Made by a program: the position numbers and the translations under genes. Shown one piece after another: positions 1 through 8,824 of a stretch of 64,000 bases of DNA. Every line of letters begins with the position of its first letter. Within the stretch, counting starts at the first letter, position 1. This DNA comes from a virus (Duplodnaviria > Caudoviricetes), in IMG/VR virus record IMGVR_UViG_3300031420_000495, positions 193,407-257,406 of that record. One strand, 5' to 3'. The notes below the pieces were generated by a model. It had not been told where the DNA came from. It was given only the letters and a program-made list of their open reading frames with translations, and did no database searches.

Positions 1-29
1 AGTCTCCTTTATATTCTACCCCGAAGGGA

Positions 30-1652
30 TTAGAAGTTCGCGATGATCTGCGGTGCGGCCGAGTCGAAACCGGCGATGTCCAGCATACCGCCGTCTTTCG
101 GATCAGCGATCGTGAACTGCGTGACCGACGTACCGATCACAACCGACTTCGCATTCTTGTTCACGTTCGCGCGGTACTTTGCGAGAGCCTGAACAGGCGA
201 CTGACGACCCGAGTTGGTTTCGTTGTCGGTGATGATGACGAACTTGTCGACTTTGTACTTGTGCGCCGCAGCGTACTCGTAGGTCTTCGCGCAGTCGGTG
301 CTGCCGCCGTTCCAGTTCGCTTTTTCCATCACGTTCAGCACTGCGTCGAGACGCATGCTTGGCGAGATTTTCAGTTCCACGAGGTCTTGCTTGAAACCAA
401 CCACGTGGCTGTTCGGCTGATTGCGAATCACGCCCATTGCCATACATGCCGCAACTTCCGCTGCGTTCAGGTTTGGCGAGCCGTTCACGTTCGAACCCCA
501 CATCGAGCCGGAGATGTCGACACCTACGAGGTAGTTGTCGTCAGTCTTTTCGGCTGCGGCGAATGCAGCGTAGAACGCGTCATCCAGTGCGGTAATGATG
601 CGCTGATCCGGAGTCCAGACCAACGAACCACGCTCACCATGGCCGGCCTTGTACTGCTTCATTGCCTGCAGGATCGTGATTGGGTGCACGCGACCACGAC
701 GAATTGCTTCGACGTCGGTCAGCTTTGCGACAGCCAGCTTCGAGCCTTCGGACAGCGGGCCGAATACACCGTGTGCGGACAGCGAACCCAGTTTACGGAT
801 CAGGGCTGTCATACCCATGTTGCGGACCAGAGCCAGCAACACGTCTTTGTCTTTCAGGAACTGGGTCGGCACCATTTCCCAGGTCAGCAGGTCGGAACCT
901 TCGATCAGACGCAGAACGTCTTTCTTGTCGGTTGCGCGCTTCAGGTACTCGAAGTCAACGAGGACTTGCGGTACTTCTGCGCCTTCTGGCAGCTCACCTT
1001 TTACGGAGTAGCGGAACAGGTTGGACTGCTGGTCGGACGATGGCTTCACGTGCGCGAGACGCAGAACGTCGCGGTGTGCCCAGCCGTTACGCTGTTGGTA
1101 CTTCAGCATCTGCACTGCCAGCTTGTCGATCGTCTTGCCGGTGTACCATGCGGCAACACCACGCTTTGCTGCAGCGTTCCACTTGCCCAGCGCGTCCAAC
1201 ATCGACACGAACAGGAACAGGTGGGTACCGGTACGGCAGACCTTTGGCAGGGCTTCGTACGCAGCAGCGACGGTTTCGGCATTGCCGAAGACAGCAGCCA
1301 GCGCGAGCGCCACGACTGCTGGATCGTTCTTCGGAGCGCGGCCGGCGAGCGAGTATTCGACGATGCGGTTGACCACGCGCAGACCGTCTTCTTTGATGCA
1401 ACGCTTGATCACATCGAAGGACATCTTCGTGGTTTCTTTCGCGCCGACGTAGTAGCCAGCGGATTCCGAACCGATCATGAGGAATCGGTCAAACACGCCG
1501 AAATGATCGAGCGTGAACGTGAAGGCACCGCTGTTGTTCCGCTTCATCTCTGCTTCACGGCCTGGGACCGGAGCTTGCAGTGGTGGAGTGGAAGTCTTCG
1601 CCATGTTGGTCGAAGATGCGTTTGCGAGGTCGGTGTAGATGGATGACGACAT
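30..1652 (-). CDS. rsr: Ro60/TROVE-domain RNA-binding protein with C-terminal vWA domain
   Basis: TROVE motifs (FLMIGSE..Y, KYQQRNGWAHRDVLRLAH, RVHP..IL.A) and vWA MIDAS DISGSM; start trimmed to MSSSIY behind a GAAGGA SD. Confidence 0.95.
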   Translation of the reverse strand: MSSSIYTDLANASSTNMAKTSTPPLQAPVPGREAEMKRNNSGAFTFTLDHFGVFDRFLMIGSESAGYYVGAKETTKMSFDVIKRCIKEDGLRVVNRIVEYSLAGRAPKNDPAVVALALAAVFGNAETVAAAYEALPKVCRTGTHLFLFVSMLDALGKWNAAAKRGVAAWYTGKTIDKLAVQMLKYQQRNGWAHRDVLRLAHVKPSSDQQSNLFRYSVKGELPEGAEVPQVLVDFEYLKRATDKKDVLRLIEGSDLLTWEMVPTQFLKDKDVLLALVRNMGMTALIRKLGSLSAHGVFGPLSEGSKLAVAKLTDVEAIRRGRVHPITILQAMKQYKAGHGERGSLVWTPDQRIITALDDAFYAAFAAAEKTDDNYLVGVDISGSMWGSNVNGSPNLNAAEVAACMAMGVIRNQPNSHVVGFKQDLVELKISPSMRLDAVLNVMEKANWNGGSTDCAKTYEYAAAHKYKVDKFVIITDNETNSGRQSPVQALAKYRANVNKNAKSVVIGTSVTQFTIADPKDGGMLDIAGFDSAAPQIIANF

Positions 1653-1813
1653 GTGTATTTCCTTCACGATAATTTATACGGCTGCACGCGCAGCAAAGAG
1701 CAACAACTCACTGAGAAACAAAATTGCAATCGAGAATTTCAGCGTGTCAAAGTTTGATCTGCCTCCAATTACGGTCAGCAGCAGTGAACGCCTACTCCGC
1801 ATGAATAGCATGC

Positions 1814-1900
1814 AGTAACTATCAGAGTTTCTATCTCTGCAATATCAAGTTTCAGGCACTTGCAAATTGCCGTATACCGCATACGGCGACGTCTGTTACT
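1814..1900. ncRNA. Multi-hairpin (cloverleaf-like) structured RNA upstream of the Ro60 gene
   Basis: AGTAAC/GTTACT closing stem around CAGAG/CTCTG, CAAGT/ACTTG and GCCGTAT/ATACGGC hairpins; no coding ORF. Confidence 0.45.
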
Positions 1901-1924
1901 TCTGGCTTGTCTTTCTAACTCGCG

Positions 1925-2000
1925 TTAAAAGAACAGAGAGCTTTTAGTTTTCAGTTTACGATTAAAGGATAATCGATACGCGGCGGTTTCTCAGTTTGTT
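1925..2000 (-). ncRNA. Possible degenerate Y-RNA-like unit
   Basis: AAC-T-GAGA / TCTC-T-GTT end pairing, shared GATTATCC motif, 3' CTTTT. Confidence 0.3.
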
Positions 2001-2017
2001 GAAGTTATGACCTAGTG

Positions 2018-2101
2018 AAAAGAGCGACAAAGATACAGGAACGGATTTCAATTGGGCGTCCGAAGACAATAATGGAGATAACCGTAAACCTTTCGGTCGC
2101 T
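2018..2101 (-). ncRNA. Y RNA candidate (Ro60 partner)
   Basis: 5' AGCGAC-C-GAAAG pairs with 3' CTTT-GTCGCT, giving the bulged-C helix of Y RNAs; ends in oligo-U; lies in the leader of the Ro60 gene. Confidence 0.75.
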
Positions 2102-2176
2102 TAGTTCATTGTGGGCTTTATGATATTGCCCACTCGATTCGCTACAGTTTCTGCTGCAGCATCAATCTATATATGC

Positions 2177-2182
2177 ATTATA
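2177..2182 (-). promoter_or_regulatory. -10 box (TATAAT) for the ncRNA-Ro60 operon
   Basis: Exact TATAAT on minus strand with AT-rich upstream region. Confidence 0.55.
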
Positions 2183-2366
2183 CAACGTGTTTTTGAACTT
2201 TTGGAACTTTATTTTTGTTCAACCGGTTTGACTGGTTCGAACAGATGGCCATCGCCATCAGGTGCAGAACATGGACCGGTGCGCGAGACACTATCACACC
2301 AAATACATTTCCACACCAGCTTTGCGCGTTCGTCATCAGTCAGTGCAGACATTCAACGACGATCGC

Positions 2367-2969
2367 TCATTTCGCAGTTTCCTTTGCGTACAAGATATTC
2401 TCGACACAAGCGAAGATCATACCAGGAATTTCGGGGATTTGTGCGATTCCGTTGACAATATTTGCGGGACCGTAGTACGTCATCTCGTCCGGCGTGTCGT
2501 GCTTAGGCTGCTGCACGATGATGAACTGGTAGATGTCTTTGTCACGGTACGAACCGATGACGGGTCCGGTGTCGACGACTTTCACGACTTCGATGCCAGC
2601 TGCTTTCAAAGTCTCCATTATTTCTTCGGTCGGAATTTCTTCGCCGGCAGCTTGACGTTCGGCAATTTTCGCAACAGCTTCCAGCCGAGCGCGATCGTAT
2701 TCTTCCGCTTTGTTGATGCGATCTGCTTCAGCAATCTCTTCCGGCGGAATCGTGGACGCCAGAATGTTGACGGTGACGAACAGGCATATCGCGTAGCTGA
2801 TGAACCCGAATGGAATCAGCAGCAACCATGCGAGCGGAACCAGATACGTACCTGCCCACCATCCAGCTGCGAACATGATTACCCACCATGCAATCTTGCA
2901 GCGACGAAGAGCCTTCTTCAGACGCTTGTCCATTTTCTCAGTCATGTTCTTCTCCCAAATAGAATTCAT
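2367..2969 (-). CDS. Hypothetical membrane protein
   Basis: Two hydrophobic N-terminal segments; early-type promoter upstream. Confidence 0.8.
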   Translation of the reverse strand: MNSIWEKNMTEKMDKRLKKALRRCKIAWWVIMFAAGWWAGTYLVPLAWLLLIPFGFISYAICLFVTVNILASTIPPEEIAEADRINKAEEYDRARLEAVAKIAERQAAGEEIPTEEIMETLKAAGIEVVKVVDTGPVIGSYRDKDIYQFIIVQQPKHDTPDEMTYYGPANIVNGIAQIPEIPGMIFACVENILYAKETAK

Positions 2970-2978
2970 TGTACCATG

Positions 2979-3004
2979 AAAAAAGGACCCGAAGGTCCTT
3001 TTTC
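2979..3004 (-). terminator. Intrinsic terminator (GGACC-TTCG-GGTCC + U tract)
   Basis: Perfect stem, UUCG loop, A/T tracts both sides. Confidence 0.85.
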
Positions 3005-3035
3005 TTATTTGTCAGCTAATGCTATTATTTCTGCG

Positions 3036-3974
3036 TTATGCTAACTTCTCGATGAGCATGTCTGCGTACAGTTCAACATAGCCACCGTTAGTCGGAGCGT
3101 GAAGTGTCGTCGTATATGGATATGTCGGCGAGCCAGCCACGGTATATTTGAAATCGATTCCAACAACTGCCCCTCCAGCTGGAACCGTAAATTCTCCGCG
3201 TGCATGATACGTCGGTGCACCTGTAGCTGGCGACCCATTCGATTTAGCCGAAACACTGTAGGCAAGTGCTTTTCCACTCGTGGAGTCAAATACCCGCATA
3301 CCGGTAGAAGCGGGTACCAATGCACCGCTTGCGACGCTAACACGATAAGTTCCTTGAGGAAGTGTGACTGCGTTGTTGGTTAATGCAGCACCCTCAATTG
3401 TGTTTCCAACCACGGTCTGAAGTTCTTGCCTTACGTCTACTGGTCCCGTAGGTGCTGAAGCCAACGTAAAGCTTTGACCTGAAACTCCAACAGCACGCAA
3501 GTCTTGTACATGGATGTACGGCAACGCGGCCGATGCACTCGAACCGCTACCGGTCGAAACCCCGCTGATGGCGAAGTCATCCAGGAACAGAACACGGGCG
3601 AAGCCGCGTTGGAAACTGTTGAACTGGATCGTGATGGTGTTCTCGTCGTTGACCGTGATTGCATCTGGGAAAATGACGCTGTTGTTTTCGTCGAACGCCT
3701 GGACGATGACATCTTCAGAACCCAGGTTGTGATTCAGTACCCAGGTCGTCGATGCTTCGGTCACTTCCAATACCGCTTTGCGATTACCAGTCAGTGTGAT
3801 ACCGGTCAGCTGCCCGTTGGACAACGCCAACACTTGACCTTCGCCAAGTGTGATCGCATCGAACTGACGTGGACCTGCACCGCGACGGATGATGATCGTT
3901 TCTTGTGCTGGGTCTTTATCCAGGTAGCCACGTTTTGGTAATTCTACCTGGACGAAATCTTCAAATGCGCTCAT
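3036..3974 (-). CDS. Putative virion structural/tail protein
   Basis: WVLNHNLGSEDVIVQAFD motif typical of phage tail/decoration proteins; coupled to upstream late gene. Confidence 0.65.
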   Translation of the reverse strand: MSAFEDFVQVELPKRGYLDKDPAQETIIIRRGAGPRQFDAITLGEGQVLALSNGQLTGITLTGNRKAVLEVTEASTTWVLNHNLGSEDVIVQAFDENNSVIFPDAITVNDENTITIQFNSFQRGFARVLFLDDFAISGVSTGSGSSASAALPYIHVQDLRAVGVSGQSFTLASAPTGPVDVRQELQTVVGNTIEGAALTNNAVTLPQGTYRVSVASGALVPASTGMRVFDSTSGKALAYSVSAKSNGSPATGAPTYHARGEFTVPAGGAVVGIDFKYTVAGSPTYPYTTTLHAPTNGGYVELYADMLIEKLA

Positions 3975-5629
3975 TATGCGACCTCCTCAATTTCAACTTG
4001 CAAGGTGCCGGTCGTATTCGATCCTGCAAACTCTTTGTCAGTCAGGAACAGATATGCTCCGTTCGGGTTGTATGTGCCGTCAGCATCTGTGATCGTGAAA
4101 CCAGCAAAGAACTGACTTGTGTCAGTGCGACTTGTCAGTGTGGACGAACCTGCGTACTTCGCGGTAACTTTCGTGAAGTCGCTGATCGGAGTTCCGATCG
4201 CTGCAACTTGAGAGAACGGTGCGAAGGTGAGGGTGCGACGCGCGAAACCACCAACAACGTATGCCGAGCCGGACGTAATGACATTGCCGGTAACGTTTGC
4301 CAAGTTCTGGAGAACCAGCGTGTTGAATGTTTGTGGACCATCAACATCGGCGTCAGTGATACGCAGCACGCGGCTGTAAACACCTGCTGCGTTTGTCCAT
4401 GCTCCTTGCCATGTTCCGCTCGATGCTACCAGTGTTGGTGGTGCATTCAGAATCTGGTTTGGTGTGATGCGAACAGTGTAGTCTGTTCCGCCTGGTGTCG
4501 AAGTCAAACGAGTTGGCGAACCGACGATTGTGATCGTTGCTGTTGGAGCGGTATCTGCGATCGCGACAGAAGCGGTTGCAACGGTTGATGCAGCGTTCGA
4601 TGCCTTGGTTGCAGTGATTGTGTAGTTGGCAACTCCATTTACATAGCCGCCACCGATACGTGTGACCGTCTTCGTAGTTGCCATTGTGTTCGGAGCTGTA
4701 ACAGCCAAGTCACCGGAAGTCGTGTAGACTGCAGTGTCTGCGTTTGTAATCGTTGCCGATACAGTTGCCGATTCTGTGCCTTTCAGCGCGGACTGAGTTG
4801 CTGGATACGTAATTGTGCGCGCACCAATTGTTGGGAACGTCTGATTCAGTACGATCGTGTTTGTCGATACTGTGTTTGCGCCGAATGTGCCGAGTGCATT
4901 GCGAGCACGAACTGTAACACTTTGCGCTCCGGAGTTTGTCGCGTGGACAGTGAACGTGCCGGTGAAAGTTTTGAATCCGTTGCCAGCCGAATCCGGTCCA
5001 CCGAGTGCGAGCGACGTAACACTCTTCGATGCACCGCCAGCCACGACTTCAACGTATGTTGCAGCATTGGCAACTGTACCAGAAATGGTAACCAGATCGT
5101 TGTTCTTCGCTTCTGTCTGTGTTCCAGGCAAAGCACCGATAGTTGCAGTAGTGACAGCAGGTCCAACTTCAGCGACATAGATCAATGCTTGTGCAACTGC
5201 GCCAGTGCTTGATTTAGCGGTGACAACAGTGTTGACAGCAATGCCAGTCAGATCAACGGTTCCGCTGAAAAGACGTTTGTCGTATTGGTCTTCGGTAAGC
5301 GTGACGACGCGATCACCACCAGCTTGTGGAGGTACGGTCGTGACGGTAACGGTCGGGGAGTAGAAAGCGGAACCGCCTTCTGCCATGATGGTGACGCGAA
5401 CTGATTGCGTGTCGGAAGTTGCTGCGGTTACAACTCGATTGGCTGGAACAGTGTTTGGCTCATATTGCTTGTTGCCAACAATACCACCTGATGTTGGAGT
5501 AATGTCCGTGATGAACACGCCTCCCGTTGCTGCTTGGCTTGCCACAATCTGCTGATCCACATAATGCTTCGTTGCAATCTCTTGCGGAAGTAATGGATCA
5601 GTTGTGACAGAGCTTTGATAAATCTTCAT
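3974..5629 (-). CDS. Thr/Ala-rich beta-strand (Ig-like) virion structural protein
   Basis: 551 aa T/A/G/V-rich; late promoter CATAAATA at 5672-5679. Confidence 0.65.
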   Translation of the reverse strand: MKIYQSSVTTDPLLPQEIATKHYVDQQIVASQAATGGVFITDITPTSGGIVGNKQYEPNTVPANRVVTAATSDTQSVRVTIMAEGGSAFYSPTVTVTTVPPQAGGDRVVTLTEDQYDKRLFSGTVDLTGIAVNTVVTAKSSTGAVAQALIYVAEVGPAVTTATIGALPGTQTEAKNNDLVTISGTVANAATYVEVVAGGASKSVTSLALGGPDSAGNGFKTFTGTFTVHATNSGAQSVTVRARNALGTFGANTVSTNTIVLNQTFPTIGARTITYPATQSALKGTESATVSATITNADTAVYTTSGDLAVTAPNTMATTKTVTRIGGGYVNGVANYTITATKASNAASTVATASVAIADTAPTATITIVGSPTRLTSTPGGTDYTVRITPNQILNAPPTLVASSGTWQGAWTNAAGVYSRVLRITDADVDGPQTFNTLVLQNLANVTGNVITSGSAYVVGGFARRTLTFAPFSQVAAIGTPISDFTKVTAKYAGSSTLTSRTDTSQFFAGFTITDADGTYNPNGAYLFLTDKEFAGSNTTGTLQVEIEEVA

Positions 5630-5671
5630 TGTGCTAGCTCCAATTTGATATGAGTACTTTCAAGAACTCAC

Positions 5672-5679
5672 TATTTATG
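5672..5679 (-). promoter_or_regulatory. T4-type late promoter (CATAAATA)
   Basis: Matches YATAAATA, which recurs ahead of many genes in the window. Confidence 0.65.
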
Positions 5680-5701
5680 GAACTAGCACAAACAACTTCA
5701 A

Positions 5702-6166
5702 TTACTTCTTGTGCTGTGAAACGAAGTGCGCCATGGAACGAGCCATCGTTTTGACCAGGGTCTTGTGCGGATCGCCTGGGATGATACGCGGCAAGGTCGA
5801 ACCACGCAGACCACCACCGTATCCAGAACGGTCATTGATCTTGCCAGTTGCGAGGAAGTTGAACTTCTGTTTTCCGTTCGAGAAGACAAATGTGCCGTTG
5901 CGAATTGCAGCAGCGGAAGAAATGTCCTTGAAGCCGAGGTCAGTCAGCGCTTTGTATTCGCCAGTTGCTTTGATGTCGGCGCGTGCTGCTTTGACAACAT
6001 CGCTGGTGATTGGGTTCTTCATTCGCTTATTCATCTCAGCGATCCAGTCGTCAACACTGCCGACCAGCTTGCCGGTCTTTTCGCCGGCTGCAGACTTGCG
6101 AGCAAGTGGTTGCGCGGCCGGTGCGTGATAACCTTTTGCTTCGCCAAGTAGTTCATGTACTTTCAT
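5702..6166 (-). CDS. Hypothetical late protein with capsid-targeting-like N-terminus (MKVHELLGEA)
   Basis: ORF, SD, late promoter at about 6199-6206. Confidence 0.75.
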   Translation of the reverse strand: MKVHELLGEAKGYHAPAAQPLARKSAAGEKTGKLVGSVDDWIAEMNKRMKNPITSDVVKAARADIKATGEYKALTDLGFKDISSAAAIRNGTFVFSNGKQKFNFLATGKINDRSGYGGGLRGSTLPRIIPGDPHKTLVKTMARSMAHFVSQHKK

Positions 6167-6206
6167 TTGTTTCTCCGATGAGGGTTAATTCGTGCATGTA
6201 TTTATG

Positions 6207-6230
6207 AAAAAGCCACCGCAAGCGGTGGCT
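6207..6230 (-). terminator. Intrinsic terminator
   Basis: AGCCACC/GGTGGCT stem followed by TTTT on minus strand. Confidence 0.7.
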
Positions 6231-6254
6231 TATAACTTCTCAGCTGTTTTCTAT

Positions 6255-6842
6255 CTACGCAGCTGCACGTAAGTCTTCCCATACACGGGAGTGTTCAGGC
6301 AAGAACGCCTTCAGGTATTCCATCTGGCAAGCTAACACGTTCCTGTTTTCTAGGATCAATGCTTCAGCGCGGTTCGGAGTGTACGGAACGTACAGCAACT
6401 TCATTCCGCATTCTTCCAGCAATTGGCAGTCCTTCTTGTGGTTGCAGCGTTCGCACGCGGTAACAACGTTTGTCCAGATGTCCTTACCACCTTTGGACGT
6501 CGGGATGACGTGGTCGCGGGTCAACTTCAAGTCCGAGAACGATTTTCCGCAGTATGCACACATGTGACGGTCACGACGGAACAGTTCGCGGTTCGTCAGC
6601 GATGGTGCCTTGTGCAGACGTTTCGCTGAAGCGTAACCCTTCACCGCAATGATCGGTGCTGTTTGAATTGTCGAGATACGTCCAGTCGCACGGTTTTCTC
6701 CGCCACGGAAGACGACGTCGCCTTCACCTTCGCCAAGCTGGTACGCGACCAGGTTCTTTGCGTGGTAGGTGATAGCGTCTTCGTACGAAATCCACTTGTT
6801 CGGTTGACCCTGCGAGTCTAGTGATAATATTCTGCTACTCAT
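6255..6842 (-). CDS. HNH endonuclease
   Basis: RDRHMCAYCG..LTRDHVIPTSKGG..WTNVVTACERCNHKK. Confidence 0.92.
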   Translation of the reverse strand: MSSRILSLDSQGQPNKWISYEDAITYHAKNLVAYQLGEGEGDVVFRGGENRATGRISTIQTAPIIAVKGYASAKRLHKAPSLTNRELFRRDRHMCAYCGKSFSDLKLTRDHVIPTSKGGKDIWTNVVTACERCNHKKDCQLLEECGMKLLYVPYTPNRAEALILENRNVLACQMEYLKAFLPEHSRVWEDLRAAA

Positions 6843-6875
6843 GATTCTCTTTCCTTAAATGTTAACCTCTCATAT

Positions 6876-7340
6876 TTACGACACCGCCTCGTTAAGTATT
6901 TGTTCCTCCAACAGCTCGATATACTTTACGTGATCCTTCCTTCCGTCGACCCTGAACTCCTGGAGCGTCATCCAGAGAATATACTCTGTTTCATCGCACC
7001 ATTTACCGAAATCATATTTGTCGATGATTTCGCAAGAGAACAGCGTCAGGTCATACGCACCGGAGTGCAATACAACTCGTTCATCCGCGAGGTCCCTGAT
7101 CGTGCCCTTACGAATGTTGCGGCGTTTTAGGCCGAGTTCTTCCTCGCCTTCTCGAAGCGCTGCATCGAGTGTACCTTCCATTGGTTCGATCTTACCCTTC
7201 GAAATCATTGGCCTTGGGCCGCCGAACTTCGGATCAGAGCTTACCATAACAAGGTAACGTAATGTTGATCCATCGCGCATGTACGGAATTATTCCTGCGC
7301 GCGCCCGTTTTTCATAACCTGTTTCATCTGAATTGTGCAT
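6876..7340 (-). CDS. NUDIX hydrolase
   Basis: Nudix box GKIEPMEGTLDAALREGEEELGL. Confidence 0.9.
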   Translation of the reverse strand: MHNSDETGYEKRARAGIIPYMRDGSTLRYLVMVSSDPKFGGPRPMISKGKIEPMEGTLDAALREGEEELGLKRRNIRKGTIRDLADERVVLHSGAYDLTLFSCEIIDKYDFGKWCDETEYILWMTLQEFRVDGRKDHVKYIELLEEQILNEAVS

Positions 7341-7372
7341 AGTGTGACCCTTCTACAACCGCTCCGTAAACG

Positions 7373-7404
7373 AAAAAGGGGTTTTGTCCGACGAACAAAA
7401 CCCC
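7373..7404 (-). terminator. Intrinsic terminator upstream of the NUDIX gene
   Basis: GGGGTTTTGT/ACAAAACCCC 10-bp stem plus T tract. Confidence 0.8.
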
Positions 7405-7430
7405 TCCGCGAAAACAGATATGAGGTCGTT

Positions 7431-7574
7431 CTAATTTTGTCCAACTGTAAAAATGAAACGGAACACCGCAAGATCAACGATCAGGGAATTAGGAATGTCT
7501 TCTTCCGGCATAGCGGAGACAAATTCAAATCCAGCTGAGAAGCCGGTGATCAGTGAAATCGATGCAAGTTTCAT
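7431..7574 (-). CDS. Small ORF (47 aa, MKLASISLITGFSAGF...)
   Basis: Translated by hand; below the ORF-track cutoff; weak SD. Confidence 0.4.
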   Translation of the reverse strand: MKLASISLITGFSAGFEFVSAMPEEDIPNSLIVDLAVFRFIFTVGQN

Positions 7575-7653
7575 AAATGCTTTGTTGCTGTGATATAGTA
7601 CATCCTACCACAAAAGAGACGTCAGTGGAAAATTATCTGACGTCGCTTCACAA

Positions 7654-8028
7654 TTACTTCTTAGGGGTTTTTGGTTTACGCTGCTGCGTGGATTTTGCAG
7701 GTGCCTTGCGCGCTGGCGTAGTCGACTGCTTTGCGGCTGGTTTCTTCGCAGCAGGCTTCTTTGCTGGTGCTGGCATCTTCGCAGGCTGGTGGACAATCAC
7801 GTCATCAGCAACGACCTTATCTGCTTTCACTTCAGCCACTTGGACTTCGCGAACGACTGGCGTTTCGACGACTGGTTCTACTACAGGCGCGGCAGGTGCA
7901 ACAGGTGTGACGACGGCAGTTGGTTGCACCTCTTGAGTGCGGCCAGCTTTTTCGTCTGCGAGTTTTTCTTTTGCTGCATCAAGTTTGCTGCCGAAATTAG
8001 CAAACCATGCCTTGATTGATTCAAACAT
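7654..8028 (-). CDS. Hypothetical protein with Pro/Ala/Lys-rich tail
   Basis: ORF with SD and late promoter; PAKK repeats. Confidence 0.8.
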   Translation of the reverse strand: MFESIKAWFANFGSKLDAAKEKLADEKAGRTQEVQPTAVVTPVAPAAPVVEPVVETPVVREVQVAEVKADKVVADDVIVHQPAKMPAPAKKPAAKKPAAKQSTTPARKAPAKSTQQRKPKTPKK

Positions 8029-8084
8029 AACTTTCTCCTTTAGGTTCCACTAACAGTGGTGACCATCTATTTATCGAAGAATGG

Positions 8085-8798
8085 TTACTGGCCTGTCAGC
8101 TTTTTATTGGCCGGAACAACGTCCCGGAAGTAGATTTCAGTTGCGACTGCCAATATTGTAGATTTGAGTGCTATGACTTCGTCTGGCGTTGGTACGCGGT
8201 TCAACGAGATAGTCAGAAATCCAGAAAACTGTCCGTAGTATGGTGGCAGACTTGCACGACAAACTGTTGGCATTCGCGATTCCATACCTGGAAACAGAGA
8301 CGCGTTTCCTTCGGAATACTTATTGCACGCGAATTCGCCGTTGATGACGCCAACCATGTTGCTGTTGTTCTTCTCTTCAGCTGTGAACAATGGAATTCCA
8401 AACTTGCTTACAAACTGAGCATCCAAAGTTTTCTGAACGAAAGGATCGTCAGAGTACCAATAAATCGGAATTCGACGGTTGTTGCGAAGATCAGCGTTCA
8501 AAACAATAATGGTGCTGATCAAGTCATCACCATCAATCAACTGCTTGAGTCGGTCCTGAGAAGTTTGACTGACTGTGTACGGGACGATCGTCGATGGTGT
8601 CTCAACGACAGGCGCTGATGTGATCGCTGCATAGATTGCCGTACGGTTTTGAAAAACCGTGAAGCCCGTCAAAACCACCATCGCAGCAAAAGTCCACACT
8701 GCTACCTTCTTCAGTGATATGACACTCAGTACTTTAGCAGTTAGTGAAATTACAGAATCTTGAAGCGACATATACGTTTTTCCGTTAGCAGACTGCAC
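8085..8798 (-). CDS. Single-TM protein with periplasmic GAF-like domain (T4 T/T5 holin-like architecture)
   Basis: N-terminal TM, then C-x-x-x-x-PPYYGQFSGFLTI motif; paralog of 8825-9733. Confidence 0.55.
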   Translation of the reverse strand: MQSANGKTYMSLQDSVISLTAKVLSVISLKKVAVWTFAAMVVLTGFTVFQNRTAIYAAITSAPVVETPSTIVPYTVSQTSQDRLKQLIDGDDLISTIIVLNADLRNNRRIPIYWYSDDPFVQKTLDAQFVSKFGIPLFTAEEKNNSNMVGVINGEFACNKYSEGNASLFPGMESRMPTVCRASLPPYYGQFSGFLTISLNRVPTPDEVIALKSTILAVATEIYFRDVVPANKKLTGQ

Positions 8799-8824
8799 CA
8801 GCTTATATTTATGGCCGCCCGCCC

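Noticed and set aside
261-1646. 461-aa plus-strand ORF, and similar long ones at 9941-11245, 22651-23697, 37839-39113, 40883-41851, 48177-49214 and 53032-54598
   Set aside because: Antisense shadows of well-supported minus-strand genes; no motifs or RBS
6255-6842. HNH gene as part of an intron or IS element
   Set aside because: No flanking split gene, terminal repeats or intron core seen; treated as free-standing
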